Of a DNA stretch of 64,000 nucleotides, positions 1 through 10,974 are shown piece by piece (positions within the stretch are counted from its first letter, which is position 1; every line of letters begins with the position of its first letter). The stretch covers positions 69,070,001 through 69,134,000 of the forward strand of contig CM059432.1 of NCBI GenBank assembly GCA_030390025.1. The letters run 5' to 3'. The position numbers and the translations under genes were made by a program. A model generated the notes under the pieces. That model saw nothing but the letters and a program-made list of their open reading frames with translations, was not told the origin of the DNA and ran no database searches. Source of the stretch: Squalus acanthias. Its lineage: Eukaryota.

Positions 1-400
1 TGCGGTCCTTACCCACTAGATACCCCCTAAACATGCCAGAAAATGTTAGGGCTTGTCCATTCAAGCGTAAGTGAATTTTTAATGGCGTGATCAGTCTTAA
101 TTACTACCAAACATACTCTCCAGCACTGAAAATTTACTTCTCCAAGTGTGGAGTCTCATTCCTTCAAATTTTAATTATTGTTGGAAATTTTTAAAAAATT
201 AAAAATTAAAATAATTTTTTTTACTATTTCTTTCTGTCTCTTTTATTTCTCTCTCTCTTAATCCCATCTTTCTTTTCTTCTCTTTATTTTGCTTTCTGTA
301 CATGATTTTACACTGAATTAAATATTCTAACTTACACTTTCTGATTTAGACTCTGCGGGTGTTATTTTGGTGAAAGGATGAAACAGGCGCTAAGTGGGTG

Positions 401-2260
401 AACATAAGAACATAAGAAATAGGAGCAGGAGTCGGCCATACAGCCCCTCGAGCCTGCTCCACCATTCAATAAGATCATGGCTGATCTTCTACATCATCTC
501 CACTTTCCTGAACTATCCCCATATCCCTTGATTCTTTTAATATTCAAAAATCTATCGATCTCTGTCTTGCATATACTCAACGACTGAGCCTCCACAGCCC
601 TCTGGGGTAGAGAATTCTCTGAGTGAAGAAATTTCTCCTAATCTCAGTCCTAAATAGCCGACCCCTTATTCTGAGACTGTGACCCCTGGTTCTAGACTCC
701 CCAGCCAGGGGAAACATCCTCCCTGCATCTATCCTGTCAAGCCCTGTAAGAATTTTGTATGTTTCAATGAGATCATAGACCTAGTCTACTCAATCTCTCC
801 TCATAGGACAATCCTCCCATCCCAGGAACCAGTCTGGTGAACCTTCGCTGCACTCCCTCTATGGCAAGTATATCCAGTGTCAGCTGTGGCTCAGTTGGTA
901 GCACACTCACCTCTGAGTCAGAAGGTTGTGGGTTCACTCCAGGGATATGAGCACATAAAGCTAAGCTGACACTCCAGTGCAGTGCTGAGGGAGTGCTGCA
1001 CTGTCAGAGGTGCTGTCTTTCGGAAGAGACGTTAAACTGAGGCCCCGTCTGCTTTCTCAGGTGGACGTAAAAGATACCATGGCCACTATTTTGAAGAAGA
1101 GCAGGGGAGTTCTCCCCGGTGTCCTGGCCAATATTTAACCCTCAATCAACATAACAAAAACAGATTATCTGGTCATTATCACATTGCTGTTTGTGGGAGC
1201 TTGCTGTGCGCAAATTGGCTGCCGCGTTTCCCACATTACAACAGTGACTACACTTCAAAAATACTTAATTGGCTGTAAAGCGCTTTGAGACATCCGATGG
1301 TCGTGAAAGGCGCTATATAAATGCAAGTCTTTCTTTCTTCCTTAGGTAAGGAGACTAAAACTGTACACAATATTCCAGATGTGGTCTCACCAGGGCCCTA
1401 TATAATTGCAGTAAGATGTCTTTACTCTTATACTCAAATCCTCTTGTAATAAAGGCCAACATACCATTTGCTTTCCTAATTGCTTGCTGTACCTGCATGT
1501 TAACTTTCAGTGATTCGTGTACAAAGACACCCAGGTCCCTCTGAACACCAACATTTCCCAATCTCTCACCATTTAAAAAATACTCTGCTTTTCTATTCTT
1601 CCTACCAAAGTGGATAACTTCACATTTCTCCACATTATATTCCATTTGCAATGTTCTTGGCCACTCACTTAGCCTGTCTATATCCCCTTGAAGCCTCCTT
1701 GCATCCTGCTCACAACTTACATTCCCACCCAGCTTTGTATCATCAGCAAACTTGGATATATTACATTTGGTCCCCTCATCCAAATCATTGATGTAAATTG
1801 TGAATAGCTGAGGCCCAAACACTGATCCTTGTGGTACCTGACGAGTTACAGCCTGCCAACCCGAAAATGACCCGTTTATTCCTACTCTCTGTTTTCTGTC
1901 CGTTAACCAATCCTCAGTCCATGTGAGTATATTACCCCCAATCCCATGAGCCCTAATTTTGTTTAATAACCTCTTGTGTGGCACCTTATCGAATGCCTTC
2001 TGAAAATCCAAATACACTACATCCACTGGTTTCCCCTTTATCTATTCTGCTAGTTACAACCTCAAAAAACTCCAACAGATTTGTCAAACACGATTTCCCT
2101 TTCATAAATCCGTGTTGACTCTGCCCAATCCTATTATTATTTTCTAAGTGCCCTATTACCACGTCCTTAATAATAGATTCTAGCATTTCCCCTACTACTG
2201 ATGACAGGCTAACTGCTTTGTAGTTCCCCGTTTTCTCTCTCCCTCCTTTCTTAAGTAGTG
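401..2260 (-). mobile_element. CR1 LINE, 5'-truncated (RT domain to 3' tail), interrupted by a SINE at 876-1337
   Basis: ORFs 1355-2026 and 1986-2186 give CR1 RT motifs (QHGFMKGKSCLTNL, YLDFQKAFDKVPH, FADD). The reverse-complemented (TTCTTATG)n tail is at 401-418. Confidence 0.95.
876..1337 (+). mobile_element. Full-length tRNA-derived DeuSINE (SacSINE1-like)
   Basis: A-box-like TGGCTCAGTTGG head; central domain GAGGCCCCGTCTG...GAAGAAGAGCAGGGGAGTTCTCCCC; 3' end AAAGGCGCTATATAAATGCAAGT(CTTT)n. The CR1 sequence rejoins across it (GCAAGTATATCC|TTCCTTAGG). Confidence 0.85.
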
Positions 2261-2504
2261 CTGTGCTAATAAGACATGCCTGTTTAAAAGTCTGGATTTA
2301 GCCCATAATTTTGGATCTAATTGATGATTACCATGATTCAAACGTGCCCGGAGGCGCTAAAACAGACACCTGCAGGTTTAGCACTCTAGCGCTGTTTAGA
2401 AGCAATTTTCATGGAGCGGTTTATGTATCCTCCACGCACCCATTTCCACTGAAGATGTGGGGTGCGCTGGCTGACACAGAACGGAACGTTTCAGGCTGGT
2501 TCAG

Positions 2505-2600
2505 GGACCGAGATGAGGGTGCACAGCTTCTTGGAAGTGGCACTGGTCCTGGTTGAGGAGGTCCAGAGGAGGAGGAATGTCCTGTCCCTCCTGTCCCTTT
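2505..2600 (+). pseudogene. Degenerate Harbinger Myb/SANT-like gene fragment, probably part of a decayed Harbinger derivative (about 2260-3972)
   Basis: RVHSFLEVALVLVEEVQRRRNVL resembles APRFTDESLHHLVEGVRACREVL of the Harbinger Myb gene at 29809. A Harbinger-like terminus GAAAATCGCCCCC lies at about 3960-3972. Confidence 0.45.
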
Positions 2601-2934
2601 GTCCTGCAGCTCCTGGCGATGCTCTGCCTGGCCACATCTCCTCCTCCCAATTCTCCTTCAGACCAAGGGGGACCCATAGCAAGATCCCCATAATCAAGCA
2701 CTCACTTTCTCCTGGTGACTTCTATTAGGTATCTAATAAGGTAGAGTAGCACAGTACTCACTTTCTTTAGGTGAAGTCCTCAAATAATTTCCAGGAAAAA
2801 ATGTTGCTATAGTGTTGGTGAAGTCTTGGCAAAGTGCCCCAGAAAGTCTCCCAATGTGTCTTAAAGGTTCTCTTCAAATACAGTCTATCTCCAGCAGCAA
2901 GTGAACAGTGAAAGCCGAGCATGGCTTTAAGTCG

Positions 2935-3683
2935 TGCTAAAGATTTAAAGAGTGTGCAGGGACAGAGGGACCACCTGGGAGTTAATGTGCATAGGTCCCT
3001 GAAAGTGGTAGGACATATTGAGAGAGTGGTTAGCAAAGCATATGGGATCTTGGGCTTCATAAATAGAGGTATTGAGTACAAAAGTAGAGAAGTTATGCTG
3101 AACCTTTATAAAGCGCTGGTTAGGCCACAACTGGAGTATTGCATCCAGTTCTGGTCACCACACTTTAGGAAGGATGTGAAGGCCCTTGAGAGGGTGCAGA
3201 GGAGATTTACCAGAATGGTTCCGGGGGTGGGGGATCTTAGTTACAATGACAGGTTGGAGAAGCTGGATTTGTTTTCATTCGAGCAAAGGAGGTTGAGGGG
3301 TGATTTGATAGAGGTGTACAAGATTATGATGGGTTTGGATAGGCTAGACGGGGAAAGACTGTTCCCACTAGTTGATGGTACAAGGACTAGGGGACACAGA
3401 TTTAAGGTTTTGGGCAAGAGATACAGGGGAATGTGAGGAAAACTTTTTTACGCAGCGCGTGGTGATGACCTGGAATTCGCTGCCGACGGAAGTGGTGGAA
3501 GCGGAGACACTCAATGTTTTCAAGGGGAGACTGAATAGGCACTTGAGGGAAATAAACTTGCAAGGCTATGGGGTTAGACCGGGGTAATGGGACTGACTGA
3601 ATTGATCTACAGAGAGCCGGCACGGACTCGATGGACCGAATGGCCTCCTTCGGTGCCATTATGACTCTATATGACTCTATGAA
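2935..3683 (+). mobile_element. CR1 LINE 3' fragment
   Basis: ORF 2921-3436 matches the CR1 ORF2 C-terminus (LYKALVRPQLEYC, RRLRGDLIEVYKI); tail TATGACTCTATATGACTCTATGA. Confidence 0.93.
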
Positions 3684-4465
3684 ATCCTCAGCAAAGACTT
3701 CTTTACTCCTGTTCAGCTGGTCGCTGTTAGGAGAGATCGTTCATTGAAGTGCTAGCTACCAAAATGGCATGCAGCCTCTTTAATGAGCACTAGCAGGCAA
3801 TTTAATTGTTTATCGGAGCCTTAACGATCCTCAGGGTGGCCATTCCTAGTGCGCGCTTCAACTCCTTTACCAAAATGGCGTCTTGTGCTAAACCAGCGTT
3901 GCATCTCAAGATCTCATCTTATCCACCTTGGAGGCTATTTCATGCCTAAAGTACAGAGGGAAAATCGCCCCCTGCGTTTCGCAGTAAAGATTCTTCAATC
4001 TGATTGGTTGAAGAGACACGTTGTTGCTTTGCCTGTTCACACAGGTCCCAGATCCCCATGTAGAGGACGCTGCACTGAAATGGCTCTCTAATTACCATAA
4101 ATTGGCATGCAAAAGCCCACTAAAAGTCTTGGGCAACTGTAAGCGTAATGAAAGGTGAGCACCATTCATTCACAACTGACCGCAAAATCCGAGCCATTGA
4201 ATTACTTTTGAAATGTAGCGACCGTTATTACGTGAGTAAATAAAGCGGCCCCTTTGTGCACAGCAAGATCTAACAAAAAGCAATAGGGATAAATCGCTGG
4301 TTATTTTTGGTTGTGGTAGGAATGTTTGCCAGAACATTGGAATAACTCTCTGCTCTTCTTCGAATAGAGCTGTGAGATCTTTAATATCCATGTAAAGCAC
4401 TGTAATAAGCAGAAAGGGTGTTAGTTAAATGACTCATCTGAAGGATGGCACTTTTTGGTACTGTT

Positions 4466-4930
4466 AGAAAGAAAGACTTGCATTTATATAGCACCTTTCA
4501 CGACCACCAGACCTCTCAAAGTGCTTTACAGCCAATGAAATACTTTTGAAGTGGAGTCACTGTTGCAATGTGGGAAACATGGCAGCCAATTTGCACACAG
4601 CAAGCTCCCACAAACAGCAATGTGATAATGACCAGATAATCTGTTTCTGTTATGTTGGTTGAGGGATAAACATTGGCCAGGACACTGGGGATAACTCCCC
4701 TACTCTTCTTCGAAATAGTGCCATGGGGTCTTTTACATCCACCTGAGAGAGCAGACGGGGGCCTCGGTTTAATATCTCATCCGAAAGATGGCACCTCCAA
4801 CAGTGCAGCACTCCCTCAGCACTGCACTGGAGTGTCAGCCTAGATTGATGTGCTCAAGTCCCGGGAGTGAGACTTGAACCCACAACCTTCTGACTCAGAG
4901 GCGAGTGTGCTACCAACTGAGCCACAGCTG
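4466..4930 (-). mobile_element. DeuSINE copy nested in an older, degenerate copy of the same family (about 4195-4460 and 4937-5010)
   Basis: Reverse complement of the 876-1337 SINE; possible TSD CTGTT(A/G)GAA at 4461-4469 and 4928-4936. Confidence 0.85.
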
Positions 4931-5149
4931 TTGGAATATCAGCCTAGGTTATAGGCTCAAGTCCTGCAATGTCCTTAAACCCATAATCTTATGATGCAGA
5001 TGAATAACTGCATTAAAGATCAACATCAGCAAACTGAAGCCATCCTCTCGGGATCCTGCCAGCACATACGAGCCTCTGGAACCACGTCACAGGCTATATT
5101 TTCCAGTGTGTAACACCATTGTGCTATTTAACCCAGAACTGGTCCATTG

Positions 5150-5672
5150 GAAAAAAGTGCATTTTTCCACTTCTGGTGCTGAAAGTCTAATCCACACCTT
5201 TATCACCTCAAGGACTTACAAGGCCCTTCACAAACTTCAGTTAATTCAAAACTCCACAGCCCATGTCTTCTCCTGTTCACCTAACATGCCTGTTTTTACC
5301 AAGCTACACTGACTTACTATGCCCCAGTGAACCAATTTCAAGATCCTAATCCTTGTCCTCAAATCCTTCCATGGCCTCATTCCATGCTCCTGGCCAAACT
5401 TATCCAACCATATGTCCTTGTGCACATCTTCTGGTGCTCTGATTCTTGATTGCTCCCTGTTCCCCATTTCATCGTTAGAGGCCAATCATTCAGTCATTAC
5501 TTCCCTACCTTTTGGAATTCACTTCCAAAATCATCTTGTCTTAATATCTCCCTTTCAGTCTTCACCTGGATTTTCTACTTTCTTTGTTCATTGTCCACAT
5601 CCTTGTCTTCTGGAGTGTTTTGAAGTGTTCTTTTTTTACATGAGGAATGCTTTATAAATGCGAATTGTTGGA
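5150..5672 (+). mobile_element. Degenerate L2 LINE 3' fragment
   Basis: AESLIHTFITSR...LQLIQNSTAH is typical of the L2 ORF2 C-terminus; it ends in an L2-type tail TATAAATGCGAATTGTTG. Confidence 0.7.
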
Positions 5673-5919
5673 GTTACTGTAAAGCTGAAAAGATCAGGAA
5701 CATGTGGCCACAGAGATGGTCAGGAATATGTGGCCATCTGTAACAGAGTTAGATCCCTGAGCAGAGTGAGAATGACAATGATGCCCATTCAGAGAAATGA
5801 GTGCCTCTGTGACCTGGGTGTGGGTGGGTGGGAGTGGGGTGGCAGGGGCGGGGAGGAGGTGGCGGGGGAGTGGCTCCATGAAATTGAAATTGAATGGGAG
5901 AACAATATCTTCATGAACT

Positions 5920-6476
5920 CAATGGTGCAAGGTGCCATTGACTGTACGCACATTGCTTTGTGGGCGCTGTATGTCAACTCTGAGATGTACAGCAACTGAA
6001 AGGGATTCCACTCCCTCAATGTTCAGCTGGTGTGCGACTATACTCAGCAAATTATGCAGGTGAATGTCTGGTATCCTGGCAGCAGTCATGATGCCTTCAT
6101 TCTGCGCTAGTCCGCCGTCCCATCTGCATTTCAGCCACCACGACAAACCATAGGGTGGCTACTGGGAGACAAGGGCTATCTGTTAACAACATGGCTCATG
6201 ACTCTGGTGCGCAACCCAGGCACACGTGGGCAGCAGTCATACAATGAAAGCCATGCTGCTATACGAAATATCATTGAGCAGACCATTGGCGTGCTGAAGC
6301 ATCACTTCCACTGCCTGGACCAGTCAGCCACTCAACAGCGCGTTTGGCGGTTCCTCAACGCTGCAATCATTTAAATTAGCAGGCAGCACCAAGTTAGCGT
6401 GCTGCCTGCATCAGAAGCATCAGAAGCAACGGGCGCGGGTTAATCGCCCGTTTTCAGGGGCTATCGAATTTAGCCC
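5920..6476 (+). pseudogene. Harbinger (HARBI1-like DDE) transposase fragment with right terminus
   Basis: Translation VQGAIDCTHIAL...[13 protein letters not shown]...[10 protein letters not shown]...WLLGDKGY...IIEQTIGVLK with internal stops; terminus GAATTTAGCCC at about 6466-6476. Confidence 0.85.
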
Positions 6477-6989
6477 TGCAGACCTCAGGGTCACTAATAC
6501 TTTAGTCAGTGGACCTCTAGTCAAACTAACTGAGTGCTCTGGCCTATATTATATTGTTGGTAAACTCACTAGTAAACATTGCAAAGATATAAATTTACAC
6601 TTAAATATTCCTATAAATGCCCCTTCCAAAAAATGCACTATCCTTTTACTTCAGAGACTGAGGTTCTTGTTATTATTTGTATCAATTCCACGTAAATAGA
6701 TTTAAGGATTTTCAATCAGTGTGTGGTGGAAATGGAACCATCGCATTGTATCTTACTTCCCCAATTTTCCTGAGAATGAGAAGATGATGGGGCAGACTTT
6801 TTTCTTTTGTACTTGGGCATAAATAATCACCTGGGAGGAGCACATAGAGGAAATCAGGTGGCTGTAATTTTCCTCTATGCGCTCCATCCAAGCAACTATT
6901 TATGCCCAAAAGAGGAAAATCTGCCACATTATGTGCATTGAGTAGGTTTTAGCATAATAGGAATTTGTTCTGTTATGGGATGGTATGAT

Positions 6990-7395
6990 GCCGATTATGT
7001 GATGTTAGGAAGCACTTTTCCACACAAAGGGTGGTGGACATCTGGAACTCTCTCACCCAAAAAGCTGTTGAGGTTCGGTCAATTGAAAATTTCAAAACTG
7101 AGATTGACACATTTTTTCAACAGCAAAATACTGCGGATGCTGAAAATCTGAAATAACAACAGAAAATGCTGGAAACACTTAGCAGGCCAGGCGTTTCTCT
7201 CTCCACGGAAGCTGCCTGGCCTGCTGAGTGTTTCCAGCATTTTCTGTTGTTATTTTTGATACATTTTTTGTTAGGCAAGCGTATTAAGGGTTTCGGAACC
7301 AAGGCAGGTAGATGGAGTTAAAATACAGATCTGCCATGATCTAATTGAATGCCGGAACAGGCTCGAGGGGCTGAATGGCTTACTCCTCTTCCTAG
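6990..7395 (+). mobile_element. CR1 3' end fragment, interrupted at 7118-7255
   Basis: TTCCACACAAAGGGTGGTGG...TGGAACTCTCT and the 3'UTR GCTCGAGGGGCTGAATGGC match the other CR1 3' ends in the window. Confidence 0.8.
7118..7255 (-). mobile_element. Miniature fold-back Penelope-like insertion (3' terminus plus inverted copy)
   Basis: Both arms match the Penelope 3' end at about 15960-16050; 14-bp TSD TTGA(C/T)ACATTTTTT at 7104-7117 and 7256-7269. Confidence 0.8.
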
Positions 7396-8458
7396 GATTA
7401 CTAACATGGTCCTAGTTGTATTAAACCTGGACAAGCACCTTGACCTCATTGCTATTGTGGCAAACCTTTGTATAGTTCTGCTTATTTTTAATGCAGACTG
7501 AATAGGATATGGTAAGCAGTGAATTCAAGGCAATAATTAAAATAAACGATTTAGCTGCTGTCATTAACTGGAATAGCTTCATTTCCGAGGTTAAGGAACA
7601 TCAGCATGAACTAGAAGAGTGAATTATTGCTTTAAACCCATTGCCAGACATTTGTTCTTCTCTATATTATATAGTGTGTTTATTTTAAAATATTAACAAT
7701 CAGGTTTTGGCTTTCTCGCTGTTATCTGACAGGCACAGTGGCATGGCGTAGATGAAAGGTTAATAAAGAAGATAGAGAGGTGGGACTGGAAGGTATGTGA
7801 CATCCCATGATGTGTACTAGATAAATAACAATTTAATTTATTAAAATTCAGATTACGGCTAATCCCAGTATTTCTTGTGGCACCTTATATTGTCCCACCC
7901 ACCCCATTTAACAAACCATATATCATCTCTGTTCTGTCATTGACTACTCTTATATGGAACTCTTTTTTATTTATTCTCAAAATGTGGCGATGCCGGCTAT
8001 CATAAATATCAAAAACTGTCGTGCTGAAAAGTGAACTTAGATAATATTTCTATACAACTTAGTAAATATTTTAATGACAAATCTTTGTCATGGAAATTTC
8101 AGTTCCCTTTTCTGTGAACCCTGATCTTCCTTGTCTGTACGTGCATTGACATATCAGAAAATCTTAATGACAGTATCTATCTGATTTGTGTCTCAGCTTC
8201 TCCATTTCATGGAATCACACCAACTTTGCTCAAAAATACTGGGGTAGAAATTGGTTATGACTCATTTTAAGGTGAGTAATCAGTGATATGTTTGATACAT
8301 GCACCAGAAGCCAAAGGACCTAGATTCATCCCAAACTGAGCCTTGGGCATTATCCCCATAATTCCGGTGAGCTGCACATGGATGTCCAGAGGCAGTTCGT
8401 TGGTTTGGTCCACATCAATTTCAGTCAGCAATGGCCTTCAGGTAGGTCTTGGGGTGGC

Positions 8459-8487
8459 GGGGGGGGGGGGGGGGGGGGGGGGGGGGG
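8459..8487. repeat. Poly-G run (about 29 nt)
   Basis: Homopolymer seen directly. Confidence 0.95.
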
Positions 8488-9134
8488 CGGAAGTGAAGGG
8501 GAGAGGGGCGAGCGTGAACTGGCAGTCATCCACAGAAATTTCATTAGCAACATAAAAATACCACGGGGTAAATTTTTGCCTTCACCAGCTTGGTGGTAAT
8601 CTGGTGGAGCAAATCTCCTGCCCATTGTAGAACCCATCTGATTTTCAATCAACACTGCCCATGCAGAAATAACATTATTTGGACACTGCACTATATCAAC
8701 TTTGCAGCATCCCTCAAAAGAATAGAGAATAAGAGGTGTTCACTGCCATTAGCGAATTTGCTTGATGGGTTCTGTTTGATCAACGACACTCTTTTCCCCA
8801 TCTGTGCAACTGTTGAGAACATGTCCGTCTACCACCACAAGACTTCCACTCTATTAATGTGCAGGTGGTACCTCATATCATGCCAGGAATATCAGTATGG
8901 ACGTGTGCTAGTTTCTCAGCTTACTCCACTCACTGATTTATCCTTGTAAATGTGAATTAAACAGTGTTTCCAAAAGAGGATTGATTGGTAGTTGGGCAAT
9001 AGGTAATATTTTAACCCATGAATCGCAGGGTCTTTTCTGTTCATTTATTTTACTTAACACCATTCTCACTTTCTCAGGTGACAGAGGCTATGGTATGTAG
9101 CTGTGGCTGATGATGCTTACTTCAATTTTCCTAA

Positions 9135-9710
9135 TCCAAACACCAATGAGTTGTATGCCTTTGTCACCTCTAGACCTGACTATTCCAATGCTCTCCTGAC
9201 CAGCCTTCCATCTTGCATCTTCCATGAACTTGAGCTCATCCAAGACTTTGTTGCTCATATCCTAACTCGCAACAAATCCTGTTCATCCATCATCCTTGTG
9301 CTCACTGACCTGCATTGGCTTCTGGTCCGGCAACGCCTCGATTTTAAAGTCTCATCCTCCCTATCTCTGTAACCTCCTCCAGCCCTACAAACCTCTGAGG
9401 TCTCAGTGCTCTTCCAGTTCTGACCTCTTGCACAGCCCGATTTTCATTGCTCCAACATTGGCAGCTGTGATTTCAGCTGCCTAAAGCTAAGCTCTGGAAT
9501 TCCCTCCCTAAACCTCGCCGCCTCGCAACCTCTCTCTCCTCCTTTAAGATGCTCCTTAAAACCTGCCTCTTTGACCAAGCTTTTACACCTGTCCTAATAT
9601 CTCCTTACGTAGCTCAGTGTCAAATTGAGTTTGATAACGCTCCTCTGTAGCGTGTTGGGATGTTTTACTACATTAAAGGCACTATATAAATGCAAGTAGT
9701 TGTTGTTGTA
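9135..9710 (+). mobile_element. L2 LINE 3' fragment
   Basis: AFVTSRPDYSNALL...LELIQDFVAHILT...LHWL; tail AAAGGCACTATATAAATGCAAGT(AGTTGTTGTTG). Confidence 0.85.
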
Positions 9711-9986
9711 ATGTGGCTCACCATACCACAGCGATTGTCTTAGAGAGAAATTTGACATTATAAAAATAAGATCCTGATGTTTAGATTTCACAGAATGTTG
9801 AACCCAGTATAGCTGTGTGAATAAGTGAATACTTTGCTCATCATTAACCATGACAGCAAAGTTACATGTCAGCAATCAGTAGTATCACTGTAACGGGCAA
9901 CAGTGCCAAACAAATGGTAGGAATTAAAAACAGAAAATGCTGGAAATACTCAGCAGGTCAGGCAGCATCTGTGGAAAGAGAAACAG

Positions 9987-10023
9987 AGTTAACGTTTCAG
10001 GTCGATGACCTTTTGTCAGAACT
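9987..10023 (-). ncRNA. Hammerhead ribozyme motif in the older Penelope 3' region, with a core mutation (CUGACAA)
   Basis: Minus strand AGTT-CTGACAA-A-AGGTC-ATC-GACCT-GAAA-CG-TT-AACT; G8 of the CUGANGA box is replaced by A. Confidence 0.7.
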
Positions 10024-10974
10024 GGAAGAAGTTAGAGATGTAACAGATTTTAAGCAAGTGCAGGGGCAGGGAAAGGGGGGAGGGGAGGAAAGAACAAAAG
10101 GGAAGGTCTGTGATAGGCTGGAAGGCAGGAGAGATTAAATGACAAAAGGTACGATTGTACAAAGCAAATGAAGATGGTAATGGGACAAGTAAAGAAACAA
10201 AAGATGAGTCTAGAAGAGGTGTAAATGGGAATGGCAGAATCAACAACAGCTGCCATGTGAAAAAATAGGGGCCGAGGTTATAGTTTGAAATTGTTGAGCT
10301 CAATATTGAGTCCAGAAGGCTGTAAAGTGTCTAATCGAAAGATGAGGTGCTGTTCCTCGAGCTTACGTTGTGCTTCATTGGAACAGTGTAAGAGGCCGAG
10401 GACCAAGAGGTCAGAGTGGCAGTGGAGTGGAGAATTAAAGTGACAGGCGACCGGAAGCTCAGGGTCACACTTGCAGTCTGAACAGAGGTTTTCCGTAATT
10501 GGTCACCCAATCTGCGTTTGGTCTCCCCCATGTAGAGGAGTCCACATCATGAGCAGTGAATACAGTGTACTAAATTGCAAGAAGTATAAGTAATTCGCTG
10601 TTTCACCTGGAAGGAATGATTGGGGCCCTTGACAGTGGGAAGGGAGGAGGTAAAAGGGTAGGTGTTGCATCTCCTGCGCTTTCACTAGAAGGTGCCGTGG
10701 GACGGGGAAGAGGTGTTGGGGGTGATTGAGGAGTGGACCAGGGTGTCGCGGAGGGAGTGGTCCCTTCGTAATGCTGAAAGGGTAGGGGAGGGGAAGATGT
10801 GTTTGGTGGTGGGATCACGCTGGAGGTGACAGAAATAGCAGAGGATGATCTGTTGAATGTGGAGGCTGGTAGGGTGAAACATGAGGACAAGGGGAACCCT
10901 ATCGTGGTTCTGGGAGGGAGGGGAAGGGGTGAGAGCAGAAGTGCGGAAATGGAATGGACACGGCCGAGGGCCAT

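Noticed and set aside
876..960. tRNA gene
   Set aside because: It is the tRNA-like head of a SINE; there is no complete cloverleaf and it continues into the SINE body.
8343..8691. Gly/Pro-rich ORFs
   Set aside because: They are artefacts of the poly-G run.
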